Shown here: positions 24,536-35,203 of the stretch, one piece after another
Layout: the number at the start of each line of letters is the position of its first letter
How positions within the stretch are numbered: position 1 is the first letter of the stretch
Source of the DNA: Diplonema japonicum
Taxonomy: Eukaryota; Protista; Euglenozoa: Diplonemea
Length of the DNA stretch: 64,000 nt
Assembly: GCA_964019335.1 (NCBI GenBank)
Contig: OZ025751.1
Location: forward strand, 124,001 to 188,000
Direction of reading: 5' to 3'
Translations under genes and position numbers: made by a program
Notes under the pieces: model-generated
Database searches by the model: none
The model's input: the letters and a program-made list of their open reading frames with translations, nothing else
What the model was told of the DNA's origin: nothing

Positions 24536-25402
24536 TCAGCATGAATCCAACAAATCATATTCATCTTCGGGGCGGCAAAAATATTCTCGGATATCGGCGA
24601 TGCCCTGCAGGATGACAAAGAAAACCACGAGCCCCGCCACCACCAAGTGCACAACACATGCACAGGAACAGCTTGCTTCCACGAACACCCCAGACGTATG
24701 GTTGATCTCGACAGCTATACCGTGACTGGTGTACGCAGAAGCAAGTTTCCCTTGTTTCCCAGGGATGGAAAATACCGTCGCTGTTTCGTTGTTGTTCATA
24801 ATCATAACAGCACCAATTCCGAAAAGTTTTAGATCAGGGCGAAACTGGATATTTTCAGAGATGGCGGTGGCCCCTGGTGCGTAGTACCCGTTTCTTCTTG
24901 TAACATTGTAAGCGTTTTCGCTGTTGTCGCACCGAACCTTGGAATTGAAAGTAGATCTGTCCACCCACAACACCTGACAGACTGACCCAGACGGTAGCTC
25001 GCTAGATAAATGTGTTGAAAGGGTAAAAGCTTCACCAGGACGACCCCATTCGTTGTCCATTTTCACAATGGAGTAATACCGGTTGACAACAAACCGAGTT
25101 GCTTCGTCAACAAGCACGTCGATATTGTCCTTGTTCAGTACATTGAGGATCTGCGCTGTGGAGCCTCGCCTCGCCACCTGTTCCCCTCCTGTGGAGTAGA
25201 TATTTCTAGAGAACGTCAGGTAGCCTCCGGCAAACAGGTTGCGGGTTGTAAAGCTGTGGGTCTGCAGGGGCCCGACAAACACAGAAGGCTCTGTTACGAA
25301 CTCCGGATCCAGAACAACCGCCAGCCTGTGGTTCGCATCGAAACCGGACTCTTCAGCTGCACTTGCGAGCACCGATGCAATAAAACCTGCCCATAATGAC
25401 AT
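24536..25402 (-). CDS. Orphan membrane-protein family paralogue (shortest)
   Basis: Shares GSVCQVLWVD...VRCD..AYNVTRRNGYY, IQFRPDL and IPGKQGKLA...INHTSGVF with the next two genes; N-terminal signal and C-terminal TM. Confidence 0.85.
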   Translation of the reverse strand: MSLWAGFIASVLASAAEESGFDANHRLAVVLDPEFVTEPSVFVGPLQTHSFTTRNLFAGGYLTFSRNIYSTGGEQVARRGSTAQILNVLNKDNIDVLVDEATRFVVNRYYSIVKMDNEWGRPGEAFTLSTHLSSELPSGSVCQVLWVDRSTFNSKVRCDNSENAYNVTRRNGYYAPGATAISENIQFRPDLKLFGIGAVMIMNNNETATVFSIPGKQGKLASAYTSHGIAVEINHTSGVFVEASCSCACVVHLVVAGLVVFFVILQGIADIREYFCRPEDEYDLLDSC

Positions 25403-25880
25403 GGGTTTTCTTTCTTTTTTTTTGTTTGCCTTTTGTTTGAAGAAATGTAGTGTAGGGTGAGAAAAAAAAAGAAAAAAACGGAGCAAGGAAGGGGAAAACG
25501 GGTATTATTAAAAAGACTGAACAAAAAAACTTTTTTTTTAAAAGTCAGGTGGACACATTTCAAACGGCATTCAGCTGCCCCAAGGGTACCATAAAGTACG
25601 TGGTGGGTAGGGGGGGGGGGGGGGGGGGGGGAGTTTGTAGCCTAACGACACATTGGAGTGAGCTTCAGCAATTTTTTTCTTTTTTTTTCCCTGTTGTCTT
25701 ACTCGTTCGCAAGATTTTGCATTATTCTCGTCTCTCCGCACCTAAAAAACCCGGGGCCAAAAGTTCTTGCTGCCCCCCCCCCCCCCCCCCCCCCATTTTA
25801 AAAATAAAATAAAAACAAAAACAAAAGGAGAAACGCGGTTGTTTAAGGGGAAAAAAAAAAAAAACCCCAAAAAAAAAAAA

Positions 25881-27161
25881 TCATGAAGCTTGTATTTTCA
25901 CAGCCGACATTTCAATGCTAGGATCCCGGCTGAGCTTCTCTTCGACGTAATTTTTCAACACAACCAGCGCTCGGACGGTGACAACGGCCCCGAGCTCGAG
26001 GATCGCCCACACCTTGGAAAGGAGGAGGCACAGGTAGTACCAAACCATGAGGGGTGGGCTGAGCTGGGTAACGTTCATCCCGCACCCTGCAATCGTATCG
26101 AAACCAATGCTGAAGTAGGCCCCAAGTTTTCCAACCGCGTACAATAGACACAGAAACATCAAAACATGGGTTTTGTAAACGAAATCTGAACCTTGATAAA
26201 ATGTGTCGTCATCGCCTTCCTGCTCAGCGTGCACCACACGTTCTGTGTCGTATTTTGTTGCGTTCGTTTTGGGGAAGAGGAAAACACCCATGGTGTGGTC
26301 TATCCCAAATACACCGTTTCTCTCGGTTCGAACGGTGGCGAGCATTCCATTTTTTCCAGGGATGTTGGTCACGATAGCGACGTCGTTGAGCTGAGCCATG
26401 ATCTTCCCAGTGGGGGAGAGGATTTTATGGGTGAATCGAAACTGGGAGTTGATTTTAACAAGATGTAGATCGGGTCGAAATTCGATTTTGCGAACGGTTC
26501 TATCAGGATGCAGCCGGTTCACGTTGACCCGAGAAAGTGGGGAGTAGATCCCGTCCCGCCTCGTAACATTGTAAACTAAGTTTGTATCGTCGCACAAAAC
26601 CCTCCCCGACAAATTTTTCTCATCCACCAGGAGAACCTGACACACAGTACCAGCAACGTTGGTCTTTGATATATTTCTCGTGAGGAGAAACGCTGAACCG
26701 GGTACTGCAAAATGTCCGTCCAACTGGACCTTAATTCTTCTTTCGTAAGGTGAGGGAATCCTTGCTTGAGTGCTGACTGTAAACCTCATGGTTTTATTCA
26801 ACAAAACATCAACGTTATGCCTCAAATCGTCGATGTCAAGTATTTCCGCAACCGACCCGCAATCTGCAATTTTATTTAAATAGTGATCAATAATGGTGCG
26901 TTGGAAGATGAACTGATTCCCTACGCGGGGGAGGAATTCCGGGGAGGGGGTGGGGATTGTCATTGAGGTGGTTCTGGTTCTGTTTCGCCGGCGGCGGTAC
27001 ATAATCGGCACATACATGTTGGAGGTGTTACCCAGACTCACGTTGCTTCTCGTTGTTGCATGCCCGTATATTTTCTGTGGGTTCTCACTTTTTTGCACGG
27101 GGTCAAAAACAGTGGTTCTTCCCAGAAACGCCACTACCGCTACCACAGCGAAGGTTGACAT
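25881..27161 (-). CDS. Orphan membrane-protein family paralogue (426 aa)
   Basis: Signal-like N-terminus, NDVAIVTNIPGKNGMLATVRTE, IDHTMGVF and C-terminal TM pair with CGMNVTQLSPPLMVW. Confidence 0.88.
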   Translation of the reverse strand: MSTFAVVAVVAFLGRTTVFDPVQKSENPQKIYGHATTRSNVSLGNTSNMYVPIMYRRRRNRTRTTSMTIPTPSPEFLPRVGNQFIFQRTIIDHYLNKIADCGSVAEILDIDDLRHNVDVLLNKTMRFTVSTQARIPSPYERRIKVQLDGHFAVPGSAFLLTRNISKTNVAGTVCQVLLVDEKNLSGRVLCDDTNLVYNVTRRDGIYSPLSRVNVNRLHPDRTVRKIEFRPDLHLVKINSQFRFTHKILSPTGKIMAQLNDVAIVTNIPGKNGMLATVRTERNGVFGIDHTMGVFLFPKTNATKYDTERVVHAEQEGDDDTFYQGSDFVYKTHVLMFLCLLYAVGKLGAYFSIGFDTIAGCGMNVTQLSPPLMVWYYLCLLLSKVWAILELGAVVTVRALVVLKNYVEEKLSRDPSIEMSAVKIQAS

Positions 27162-27394
27162 TTTTTTTTTTTTCCTTTTTTTTTTTTTGCCTTTTTTTTT
27201 GATATTTTTATGCTAGGAGGATTTAAAAAAAAAAAAAAAAAACACAGAAGAGCTACGTGGTTCTATCTTCATTTTTTTTTGTTCACATTTTTTTTTCTTG
27301 ACAAAAAAAAGGGTGGGGTGAAGTGGGGGGGGGGGAAGGATAGAGAAGAAAAAAAAAATAACGTGCTACGTTGGGGAGAAGAAGAAGAAAAAAA

Positions 27395-27689
27395 GGGTGT
27401 CTTTGAAGGGAACTTGCAGTATGTGACAGGATCGCCTAACGACAATCAACTCATCTAGTGTTTGATTCCTTCTGTCGTGGTAGTGCCTTAGGCCCGTCGT
27501 AGTATCTCATCAGCAGCTTGGGCGTGAAACCAACTAGCGAGTTGTTGAGGATGCAATGCGTTCGCATTTGTTCCTCTAGGATCGAGTGGGTGACCTTCGG
27601 GGACGCGAAGATCGGACGAGTGGAGTAACCAGTGACGGCATGGCTCCTTTCTAAGACGCTGAGAATCCTGCCGAGCTTTCTCGCCCAGC
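27395..27689. mobile_element. Family C motif with an attached ~250-bp coding-like remnant (possible transposon end)
   Basis: Motif C is followed by homopolymer-free sequence with an open minus-strand frame ending at 27451. Confidence 0.4.
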
Positions 27690-27857
27690 AAAAAAAAAAA
27701 ACTTCCCCCCCCCAAAAAAAAAATACATGCATATCAGGTAGTATTCGGTTATTTTTCCCTCGTGGATAAACACTTCCCTTTAAATTACGGAAAATCAGCG
27801 TCTTGAAAAGACGGCTGATGCGATCTCTCCCTCTCTCTCAAAAAAAAAAAAAAATCA

Positions 27858-28991
27858 TCACATTGTCGTTATTTTCACGTTCCCCATCTCAACGTCTCTT
27901 ACTGTATCGGACCCGTTCCCGGCTCCGCTGGATGAAAAAATTCTTTTCAGCGAGGAAAAGATTGTTACGATAGCGCGGAGAAGAACAACCGCCACCATGT
28001 CGAGAACAGCCCATACCTTCGAGAAAAACAGACAAACATAGAACCAAACCATCAAAGGCGCGCTCAGCTGTGTCACGTTCATCCCACACCCAGCAACCGT
28101 ATTAAAGGTCATTCCCATGAACACACCCAGCTTTCCAACAATGTAAAGCGCCAAAAGAAACAAAATAACATGGGTGTACTCGACAAGAACCTGCCCCCTT
28201 GCCACAAACGGATTAACATCATCGCTTTCTTGTTCTGCAGAAACGGAGGATTTTGCCTTATTCTCAGAAACTACGAAAACACCCATGGTGTGGTCTATCT
28301 CAAATACATCGTTTTTCTCGGTTCGAACGGTGGCGAGCATTCCGTTTTTTCCAGGGATGTTGGTCACGATGGCAACATCGTTGCGATTCGCGGTGAATCG
28401 AAACATTGCGTTTACCTCAAGATTCGCAAGATCTTTTCGAAATTCTATTTTCGACGAATAATTGTCGCTGTCAGGCTGCACATAGTACCCATCTGTTCTC
28501 GTTACGTTAAAAGCGGTTTCTGTTGAATCACAACGGACTGTCGCGTTAAAAGTAATTTTGTCTACATATAACACCTGGCATATGATGCCTGCTAAGTTTT
28601 TTTCGGAGAGGTCTTTGGTTAGAAGGAACGCCTTTCCTGAAGCAGCGTTGAGGTGATCGATGTCAACCATGATAGATTCCAGTTTCGGGTCCGCAGCGTC
28701 TTCTGAAGATAAAGTGAAGCGTGTCGTGGCGTTGAGAAGAACATCTACCTTCCCCTTGTTGTTTCTCAAGATTTTCGCCTCGGAGCCCGGGCCCGCGACC
28801 CAGAATTTTCTTTTCCTCATAACGCATTGTATAGTTGTCTTGAAACTGAGGAACCCTGCTTTTCCCGTTGTTGTTACTATATCTTCATCTACCGGTGCCT
28901 CGTTGTCTGTTTTCGTGTTCAGAGCCGTCTTCCCCTGATTGTTCTCCACCCCCAAGAGCGAAACTGAAACTGCAAGAATAAATATTGACAT
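27858..28991 (-). CDS. Orphan membrane-protein family paralogue (~377 aa)
   Basis: Start MSIFILAVSV after an A-tract; NDVAIVTNIPGKNGMLATVRTE identical to the neighbour, plus the same TM pair. Confidence 0.88.
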   Translation of the reverse strand: MSIFILAVSVSLLGVENNQGKTALNTKTDNEAPVDEDIVTTTGKAGFLSFKTTIQCVMRKRKFWVAGPGSEAKILRNNKGKVDVLLNATTRFTLSSEDAADPKLESIMVDIDHLNAASGKAFLLTKDLSEKNLAGIICQVLYVDKITFNATVRCDSTETAFNVTRTDGYYVQPDSDNYSSKIEFRKDLANLEVNAMFRFTANRNDVAIVTNIPGKNGMLATVRTEKNDVFEIDHTMGVFVVSENKAKSSVSAEQESDDVNPFVARGQVLVEYTHVILFLLALYIVGKLGVFMGMTFNTVAGCGMNVTQLSAPLMVWFYVCLFFSKVWAVLDMVAVVLLRAIVTIFSSLKRIFSSSGAGNGSDTVRDVEMGNVKITTM

Positions 28992-29307
28992 TTTTTTTTT
29001 TTTTTTGAAACAGAAAAAAAAAAGGGGGGTGATAACTATGTGTTCCGTGAATTGTTGAATTGTGCCATGATGGTGTTTTAAAAAAAAAAAATATAACAAA
29101 TAGAAGAAATGAAAGGGGTGTTGAGGGGGGTGGGGGGCAGAAACAAAAATATTGGAGGGGAAAAAAAAATTCTGAACACAAATTCTAAAACAGGGGAATG
29201 GAGGGGAGGGAAAAAATATGGAGTGGGCAGGTGGACAATTGGACAAAGAACAAAAAAGTGTTTTGAAAAAAAAGGGGGGGAGGGGGGGAAGGCAAAGCAA
29301 CAAAAAT

Positions 29308-29345
29308 ATATATGAGTTAAAGGAGGCCGGTGTTGGCGGCGCCCT
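29308..29345 (-). repeat. 38-bp terminal fragment of repeat family A
   Basis: Identical to 1001-1038. Confidence 0.75.
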
Positions 29346-29600
29346 TTTTGGAAAAAAGAAAATCATTAAGATGGGTGTGTGGTTTTTTTTTTTTTCCTCT
29401 TTTCTCCTTCTCTTTTTCTTCGTCTCTTATAAAAAATATCTTTTTTTTCCCCCTTCCGTGGAATGACGCACACAAATATCTATTAAACTAGAAGGAGAAA
29501 AAAAAAGGGGGGGGTAAAAAAAAACTTTTCAAATCATCGTGATATTCCTTGACTGCCGAGTTAAATTTGGCATCGGACGCTGTTTCTAAAAAAAGAAGAA

Positions 29601-31538
29601 TTAAAAATTTTCTTTCAACATTAAACATACCGGAGCTTTTTGAACTTTATGACCTGAAATATTATTGACAACCGGCCTCGGAGAAAGCGAAGAAGAGCTA
29701 CTTGTTAATGTAGTGTCGCTCACCAACGAAGGGACTCGAGACGAAGGAATGGCCTTGGTACCTCCAGCAGGGAGCGAAGATCTCCTACCAGTGGCAACAC
29801 CAGAAGAAGAGGATCGCGCGGTAGCGGGTGTCCGGACCCCACTCGACGTAGGAGGGGTACGGCTCCGCGTTTTCTTGGGCGTGCCAAACCTGCTAGGAAA
29901 CGAACCCTCACGGGTACTGCCATTCGACCTCGTTGTATTTTGTCTAACATAAATCGATGAAGATGAAGTGGTATAAACCTTAGGACGCCTGTTGCCAGGG
30001 GATCGCCTGTTCCCATGTAGCTCCTCAAGCTGCCTTTGCAGGCCTTGGTGCTCATATAGCAGCCCTTCCTTTTCCTCTTCTCTCTTGCGAAGCTCGCGAG
30101 CCATCCCGCGGTTTTCTCCTTGAGCGATCTCCAACTTAAGAGATTCTTCTTTCAGTTTCGAGTTCAACCCGTCGCGCTCCCTCTGCCACACATGTTCTTT
30201 CGATGTTGCTTCAAGGTGTTTTTTTCTTTCCCCTGCCAGTTCCATTCTCAACACCTCCACCTCACTCTTCAACATTTTTACCAATCCGATTAATTCCGTG
30301 CACACGGTCTCCTCCACCATTGGGGTTCCTACTGGTGTAGACGTGTTCATTACACTGTTCACCAAAACGGGGGTTGTGATGGTTGGTTGTGGAGGTGCAA
30401 GGGTCCGGGGTTGCGGGTTAACCTCTTCAGGTGTGAATGCGAGCACACCTGTTACCTCTCTGTTCGGGGTTTCTAAAGGAAGCGATGCAGGGGTTGATGC
30501 AATACTGCACATACTGCTCGACGGCAGGACCTCTGCTTGCAGCTTCGATGTCAACGAAACAGTTCTAATAGAAGCCTGAAGTGCTGTGGGAGACGGTGAC
30601 ACGCATGCTATGATCTTTGAAGCCCATGATCTTCCTTGCAAACCTTGTAACACGTAACCTATCCCTTCCGGGTATGTTGTGTCGGAGTCTTCCTCCAAAG
30701 CAAGGTTGTGGATCGCATTGCTCATTTCACTTCCGTTGCCGTGCGTGACCAATACCCCGGGATCCACCTCGACAAGGCTTAGAACCGGGTAGCTTGATTT
30801 GCTACCGGAGTTTTTCCTTTCCACACGGAGGGATATTATTGTGGTGCCGCGTGGGTGGCCGTCTTCTCGAAGCTTAGCAAGGTTGCTGTGCGCGGTGACG
30901 ACGGTATCCCATAAAGGGTTCCACCCTAGGATGGGACCCGCATAGATGTCATCTTGTAATGTGCAGGGTGTGCATTGTATGAGGTTGTAGGTAGAACCGT
31001 CGGGGGAGAGTTCTACGATTGACATTTTAATTTGATTCGGATTGTCGGTGTCTTCACCTCCGAAGGCTTCCCACAGTGCTTCTACAAATGTAGAGAGGAT
31101 GGAGTCGCTAGGGGGTGTGCTGGATTCTATCGGGTCCCCGATGAGAAGTTTTGTTTTCCCCGAGGCGCGGGCGCCGAACGCAGTGATGGCCACGTCTCGG
31201 CCCGACAGAAACTCTTTCAAGGCAGGTAAGGCGAGTTCTCGTGAAACATTTGTCAATGATGTGGTTGGTGGTGCTCCTGGAAGGCCGTCTCCGACGCCCC
31301 AGTAGCAGTTTGTTGTGTCCTTTTTCAGTTTTATCGTGTCTTCACGCACGTCCCTCAGTACTATAACTCCTATGCCCGGGGGTTTTGGTATGTCGTCCTT
31401 TATGAACCTTTCGTCGCAGTCGCCCTCAGCCGTTCCTACTAGGACTGCACTCTCTAAAGGAATTCGGAGAACATTGCAGGACTCCACTTCATGTTCTAAG
31501 AATGGTCTCACGTGTGCGTGAACCTCGGTTCGTTTCAT
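29601..31538 (-). CDS. Divergent kinesin-like protein (N-terminal motor-like domain, coiled coil, Ser/Arg-rich tail)
   Basis: VHAHVRP, FLSGRDVAITAFGARASGKT (P-loop), MSIVEL, IIACVSPS...SIRTV; switch I/II motifs degenerate. Confidence 0.75.
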   Translation of the reverse strand: MKRTEVHAHVRPFLEHEVESCNVLRIPLESAVLVGTAEGDCDERFIKDDIPKPPGIGVIVLRDVREDTIKLKKDTTNCYWGVGDGLPGAPPTTSLTNVSRELALPALKEFLSGRDVAITAFGARASGKTKLLIGDPIESSTPPSDSILSTFVEALWEAFGGEDTDNPNQIKMSIVELSPDGSTYNLIQCTPCTLQDDIYAGPILGWNPLWDTVVTAHSNLAKLREDGHPRGTTIISLRVERKNSGSKSSYPVLSLVEVDPGVLVTHGNGSEMSNAIHNLALEEDSDTTYPEGIGYVLQGLQGRSWASKIIACVSPSPTALQASIRTVSLTSKLQAEVLPSSSMCSIASTPASLPLETPNREVTGVLAFTPEEVNPQPRTLAPPQPTITTPVLVNSVMNTSTPVGTPMVEETVCTELIGLVKMLKSEVEVLRMELAGERKKHLEATSKEHVWQRERDGLNSKLKEESLKLEIAQGENRGMARELRKREEEKEGLLYEHQGLQRQLEELHGNRRSPGNRRPKVYTTSSSSIYVRQNTTRSNGSTREGSFPSRFGTPKKTRSRTPPTSSGVRTPATARSSSSGVATGRRSSLPAGGTKAIPSSRVPSLVSDTTLTSSSSSLSPRPVVNNISGHKVQKAPVCLMLKENF

Positions 31539-32170
31539 TCCTCTCTCTCTCTCCCTTCCCCCTCCCCCCTTTTTTTTGTTTCCGGAGGGTTTCTTTTTTT
31601 TTTTTCTTTGAATCCAGTTTGCAAATAAAAAGAAAAAAAGAGGTTTTACATCTAGAGAAACATGGTTTGGGAAGGGAGGGGATGTGATCGCTGAGGGTGG
31701 GTGGGGGGGGGAAAGGGGGGGTTTTTTTTTTTAAAGGGAAAGCGGTACATGAGGGAGGGGGATATAAGAACGTAACTGAGAGCGGCGGTGTGAGGGTTTT
31801 GGCCTTTTTTTTTATTTCTTTTTTTTTTTAGTATCTACTAATGTGTGGCGATGGGTTAGAACAGAATTTTTTTTTTGTTAAAAACAAAAAAGGTATGGGC
31901 TAAAAATATAGGGGGGTTGAGGGTGGGGTTGCAAAGACTAAACAGAAATACTTCATTCTTTTTCTTTCATTCCTATTCAACACGTACAAAAAAAGAAGGA
32001 GGGGGAAACAAATTTAAATAAAAAAAAATCTGGCGTTTTCTTTTTTAAATTGTTTCCCTCTTTCTTTTCATTCTTTTTCAGGTTTAACTTTTTTTTTTTT
32101 TTCCCTCTTTTTTTTTCTTCTTCTTTTCTTACATAAACGTTCTTTCGTTTCGGGGTGGTATTTTTAACAC

Positions 32171-32213
<43 letters not shown>

Positions 32214-32229
32214 CCCTTCGAAGAATGGG

Positions 32230-32268
<39 letters not shown>

Positions 32269-32270
<2 letters not shown>

Positions 32271-32820
32271 ACTCCCCAAAAAGAGGGGGAAGGCTTTGAA
32301 ACACAGGACATCCCACAACCGGCTGATCTTGCAGTTTAAACGCAAAATTCGACCCGGAAGGAGGGTGGGGTGCGGAGAAGGAGTAGGTTCCCCGAGGTGG
32401 GGATGGTGACGAGAAGCAACAACCCGAACTGGAGGGTATGAAGTTGTTCGTGGGCAGCAGAGGGGGTGGATTCATAGAAACTGCGAGAGCTAGATCTACG
32501 GGTGGGGCAGGAGAGGGCGACACAGCCGTGCTGAGAGACGCCGTGTGAGAAGTCCGCCTTTTTTTAGACGGGTTCACACCCAAGTCCCCCGGCCCTGGCA
32601 AACTCGTAATAAGCGAGCTCAAGTCAAATGCTGACAAGGTCCTCCCCCGCTTCGCTGTATGGCTCTCCGCCTCCCTCATGTCCTCATCACCACTGCAGCT
32701 GCTATTCGTCTCGCCGTCAAAGGAGAGCATCCTTCCCTCTGTGTTGTCATCTAGTTGAGCCAACACCCTTCTTGCTTTATCCTTGATTGGGGCCCACGGG
32801 ACCTGGATGTCCCCACTCAT
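32269..32820 (-). CDS. Hypothetical low-complexity protein (183 aa)
   Basis: Homopolymer-free ORF on the gene strand; basic NLS-like PSKKRR. Confidence 0.6.
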
Positions 32821-32952
32821 AGTGGATAGCCCTGGTGGTGGTGGTGGTGGTTGGGTGCAGATAAAACTGAAAATAGAACACTTTTTTTTTTAAAGGGCGG
32901 GGGAAAGGAGGGAGGGAGGGATTTAGAATAAAAAAAAAAAAAAAGGAGACAC

Positions 32953-32986
<34 letters not shown>

Positions 32987-32990
32987 TTTA

Positions 32991-33631
32991 CTACCTCAGG
33001 GGGCTGCTTGACCTTTTCCGCTTCTCCCGTTTCTTCTCCTTTTTGTCTTTTTTCCGTTCCTTCTTGTCACGCTTGTCTCGGCGGCGGTCTTCGCTGTGCT
33101 GGCGCTTGTCTCTGTCTCTGTCCCTGTCCCTGTCCCTGTCTCTATCTCTGTCCCTATTCCTGTCCCTGTCTTCTTTATATCCCCTGTCCCTGTTTCTGTC
33201 TCTGTCTCTGTCTCTTCTGTCTCTGTCCCTGTCGTAACCCCTATCCCTGTCTCTGTCCCTATCTCTGTCCTTGTCCTTGTCTCTCCTGTCCCTTCTGTCT
33301 CTGTCCTTATCTCGGCTATCTCTTTCCCGGTGCCTCTCGTGGCTGCTTCTCCGGGTTCCTCTTCTGTCCTTGTCCTTTTCCTTGTCCTTGTCCTTCTCTG
33401 TGTCCCCTTGTGTCGCGCCCTGCAGCTCCGACACCAGAGTGCGTGCGTCACGCAAGATACCTTCTTTCGCTGATTCTGTTCCTGATGGTGGGGGGGCTTG
33501 TTTTTCCCTATTTGTCTTTTTTTCACAATACCAAGTGATGTGGCGGGCGACGGTCGGTTCCCATCCCCAACAGCAGCAGCAGGGCTAGGCTCCGCCGCGA
33601 CATTGTTGCTCTGGCGTGCGGCTGTAGAAAC

Positions 33632-33667
<36 letters not shown>

Positions 33668-35117
33668 TTCGTTCCCCCCCCATACCTTGCATCGCCAGTG
33701 CTTTTTTATAAACTTCCTTTTTCTGCAATGCTAGAAACTCTTCTTTTGTCAGCGGCACGAAGCCGGGGGCGAAGAGCGTTGGCAGAACCTGGTTGGGGAG
33801 GAGGGATGCGATTCTCGGAGGGGTTGTGGCTGGTGTTGCCCCCGCAGCGTCTTCCTCTGCGGAGGCCTTCGCCTCCTCTGCACTGAGAGAGGCGGTGGTG
33901 GCGGAGTTGGATGATACGGTGGTCGTCAAGAGGCGCTTGGAAGGTGTGGAACCGGATTTACCCGCTTCCTCTTCCTGCCGCTGCCGTTGTTTTTCAGCTT
34001 GGGTGTCGATGATGCTTTGCTGCGCTTTTTGCTTCTGTTCTGTTTCGTACTTTAGTTTGAAGCTTTTGCACATATCGCGCAACATCTTCGCCACAACGAT
34101 CATTTCACTTTTGACCTTCTCCCCGCACCCTGGACAACTACGGTCCTTTTCATCCAGGCTTTTTTCCAAGCAAGACGTGCAATAGCTCTCACCGCAGCAT
34201 GACACCAATACCGCATCTGTGAATAAACCGCTGCAGATTAAACATGTCAAGTCCTCTGGGATGACATCGCTAGGGATCTTGTGCTCCACCGTGGAACGCT
34301 GGTCCTCGGCGGTCGTCCGGAGGACAGAGTTGAACTGTTCGGCGTTCGGTTTCAATTTGAAGATTACTCCGGTGTTTTGGTGTTGGTAGGTAGCATCAGG
34401 GTCGTCAGCGTTGCAGACTTCAAGCATGGCGGCGGGTACACCCCGAGGTGTCACAAGCTTTCTTTTAGGAATGTATTTTTTTGTAGGGCAGTGGGCAGGC
34501 CAGTGTCCAGTTTCCCCGCATAGTGAACAAGGTTGGTTTTTAGGCGGGGGCTTGTTCAAAGCATGGCAAAACGTAGGCGCAACTAAGTCAACGGTTTTTG
34601 CAGCACCGCCTTGACCGGGCCGGTTTTGATGTGTGTTGTACCCTTGTAGACGGGATGTCCGGGCGGCACGACCCAATACTTTTGTCATTTGGTACCGTTG
34701 TTCTTCGTCCGCGCGGAGGAGCTGCATTTTTTCCTCCTCGGTTTCCGCGCCTGTCACGGTGGATGTTGTTGCCGGTGTGACGGTTGCCGTTAGCAGCCGT
34801 TGCATGTCCTCTGATTGCTCCTTCACGAACTCTTTCATTTCCTTTTGTCTCATGAAGTTTGGCTTCTGCCATTTGTCTACCAACGGTCGCCTTTCTACAT
34901 TTAAAGAGATATTTTTTGCGACATATTCTGCGTCATTTTCGTAGGTGCTGCCTGTCTGCGCGTTGCTTAGGACAAGGTCGAAGTCTTTCGCGTTCATTTT
35001 CAGGGTCTCGGCGATCTGTTCCTTCACCTCGCCGACCTGCATCCTGGCGCCTTGGAAACTGAGCGTTTCGAAGTGAAGCGCTGATTTCAGCTTGAAAAAT
35101 ATGTTATTCGTTTCCAT
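32991..35117 (-). CDS. RBBP6: RBBP6/Mpe1-like E3 ligase (DWNN, CCHC knuckle, RING, RD-rich tail), 3 exons
   Basis: IFFKLKSALHFETLSFQG (DWNN), CSLCGETGHWPAHCPT, PRGVP, LTCLICSGLFTDAVLVSCCGESYC...CPGC. Two GT-AG introns near 33622-33685 and 33482-33531 join the RD-repeat exon in frame. Confidence 0.9.
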
Positions 35118-35203
35118 CGCGAAACCACCGCCCCCTCCTGGAAAAAAAAATTTTTTTTGTAAATATGGATGGGTGGGGGGGGTAGAAAAAAATTGTTTTG
35201 TTT

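Noticed and set aside
32996-33588. Cys/Pro-, Ser/Leu- and Thr/Glu-repeat ORFs
   Set aside because: They are alternative frames of the RD-dipeptide tail of RBBP6.
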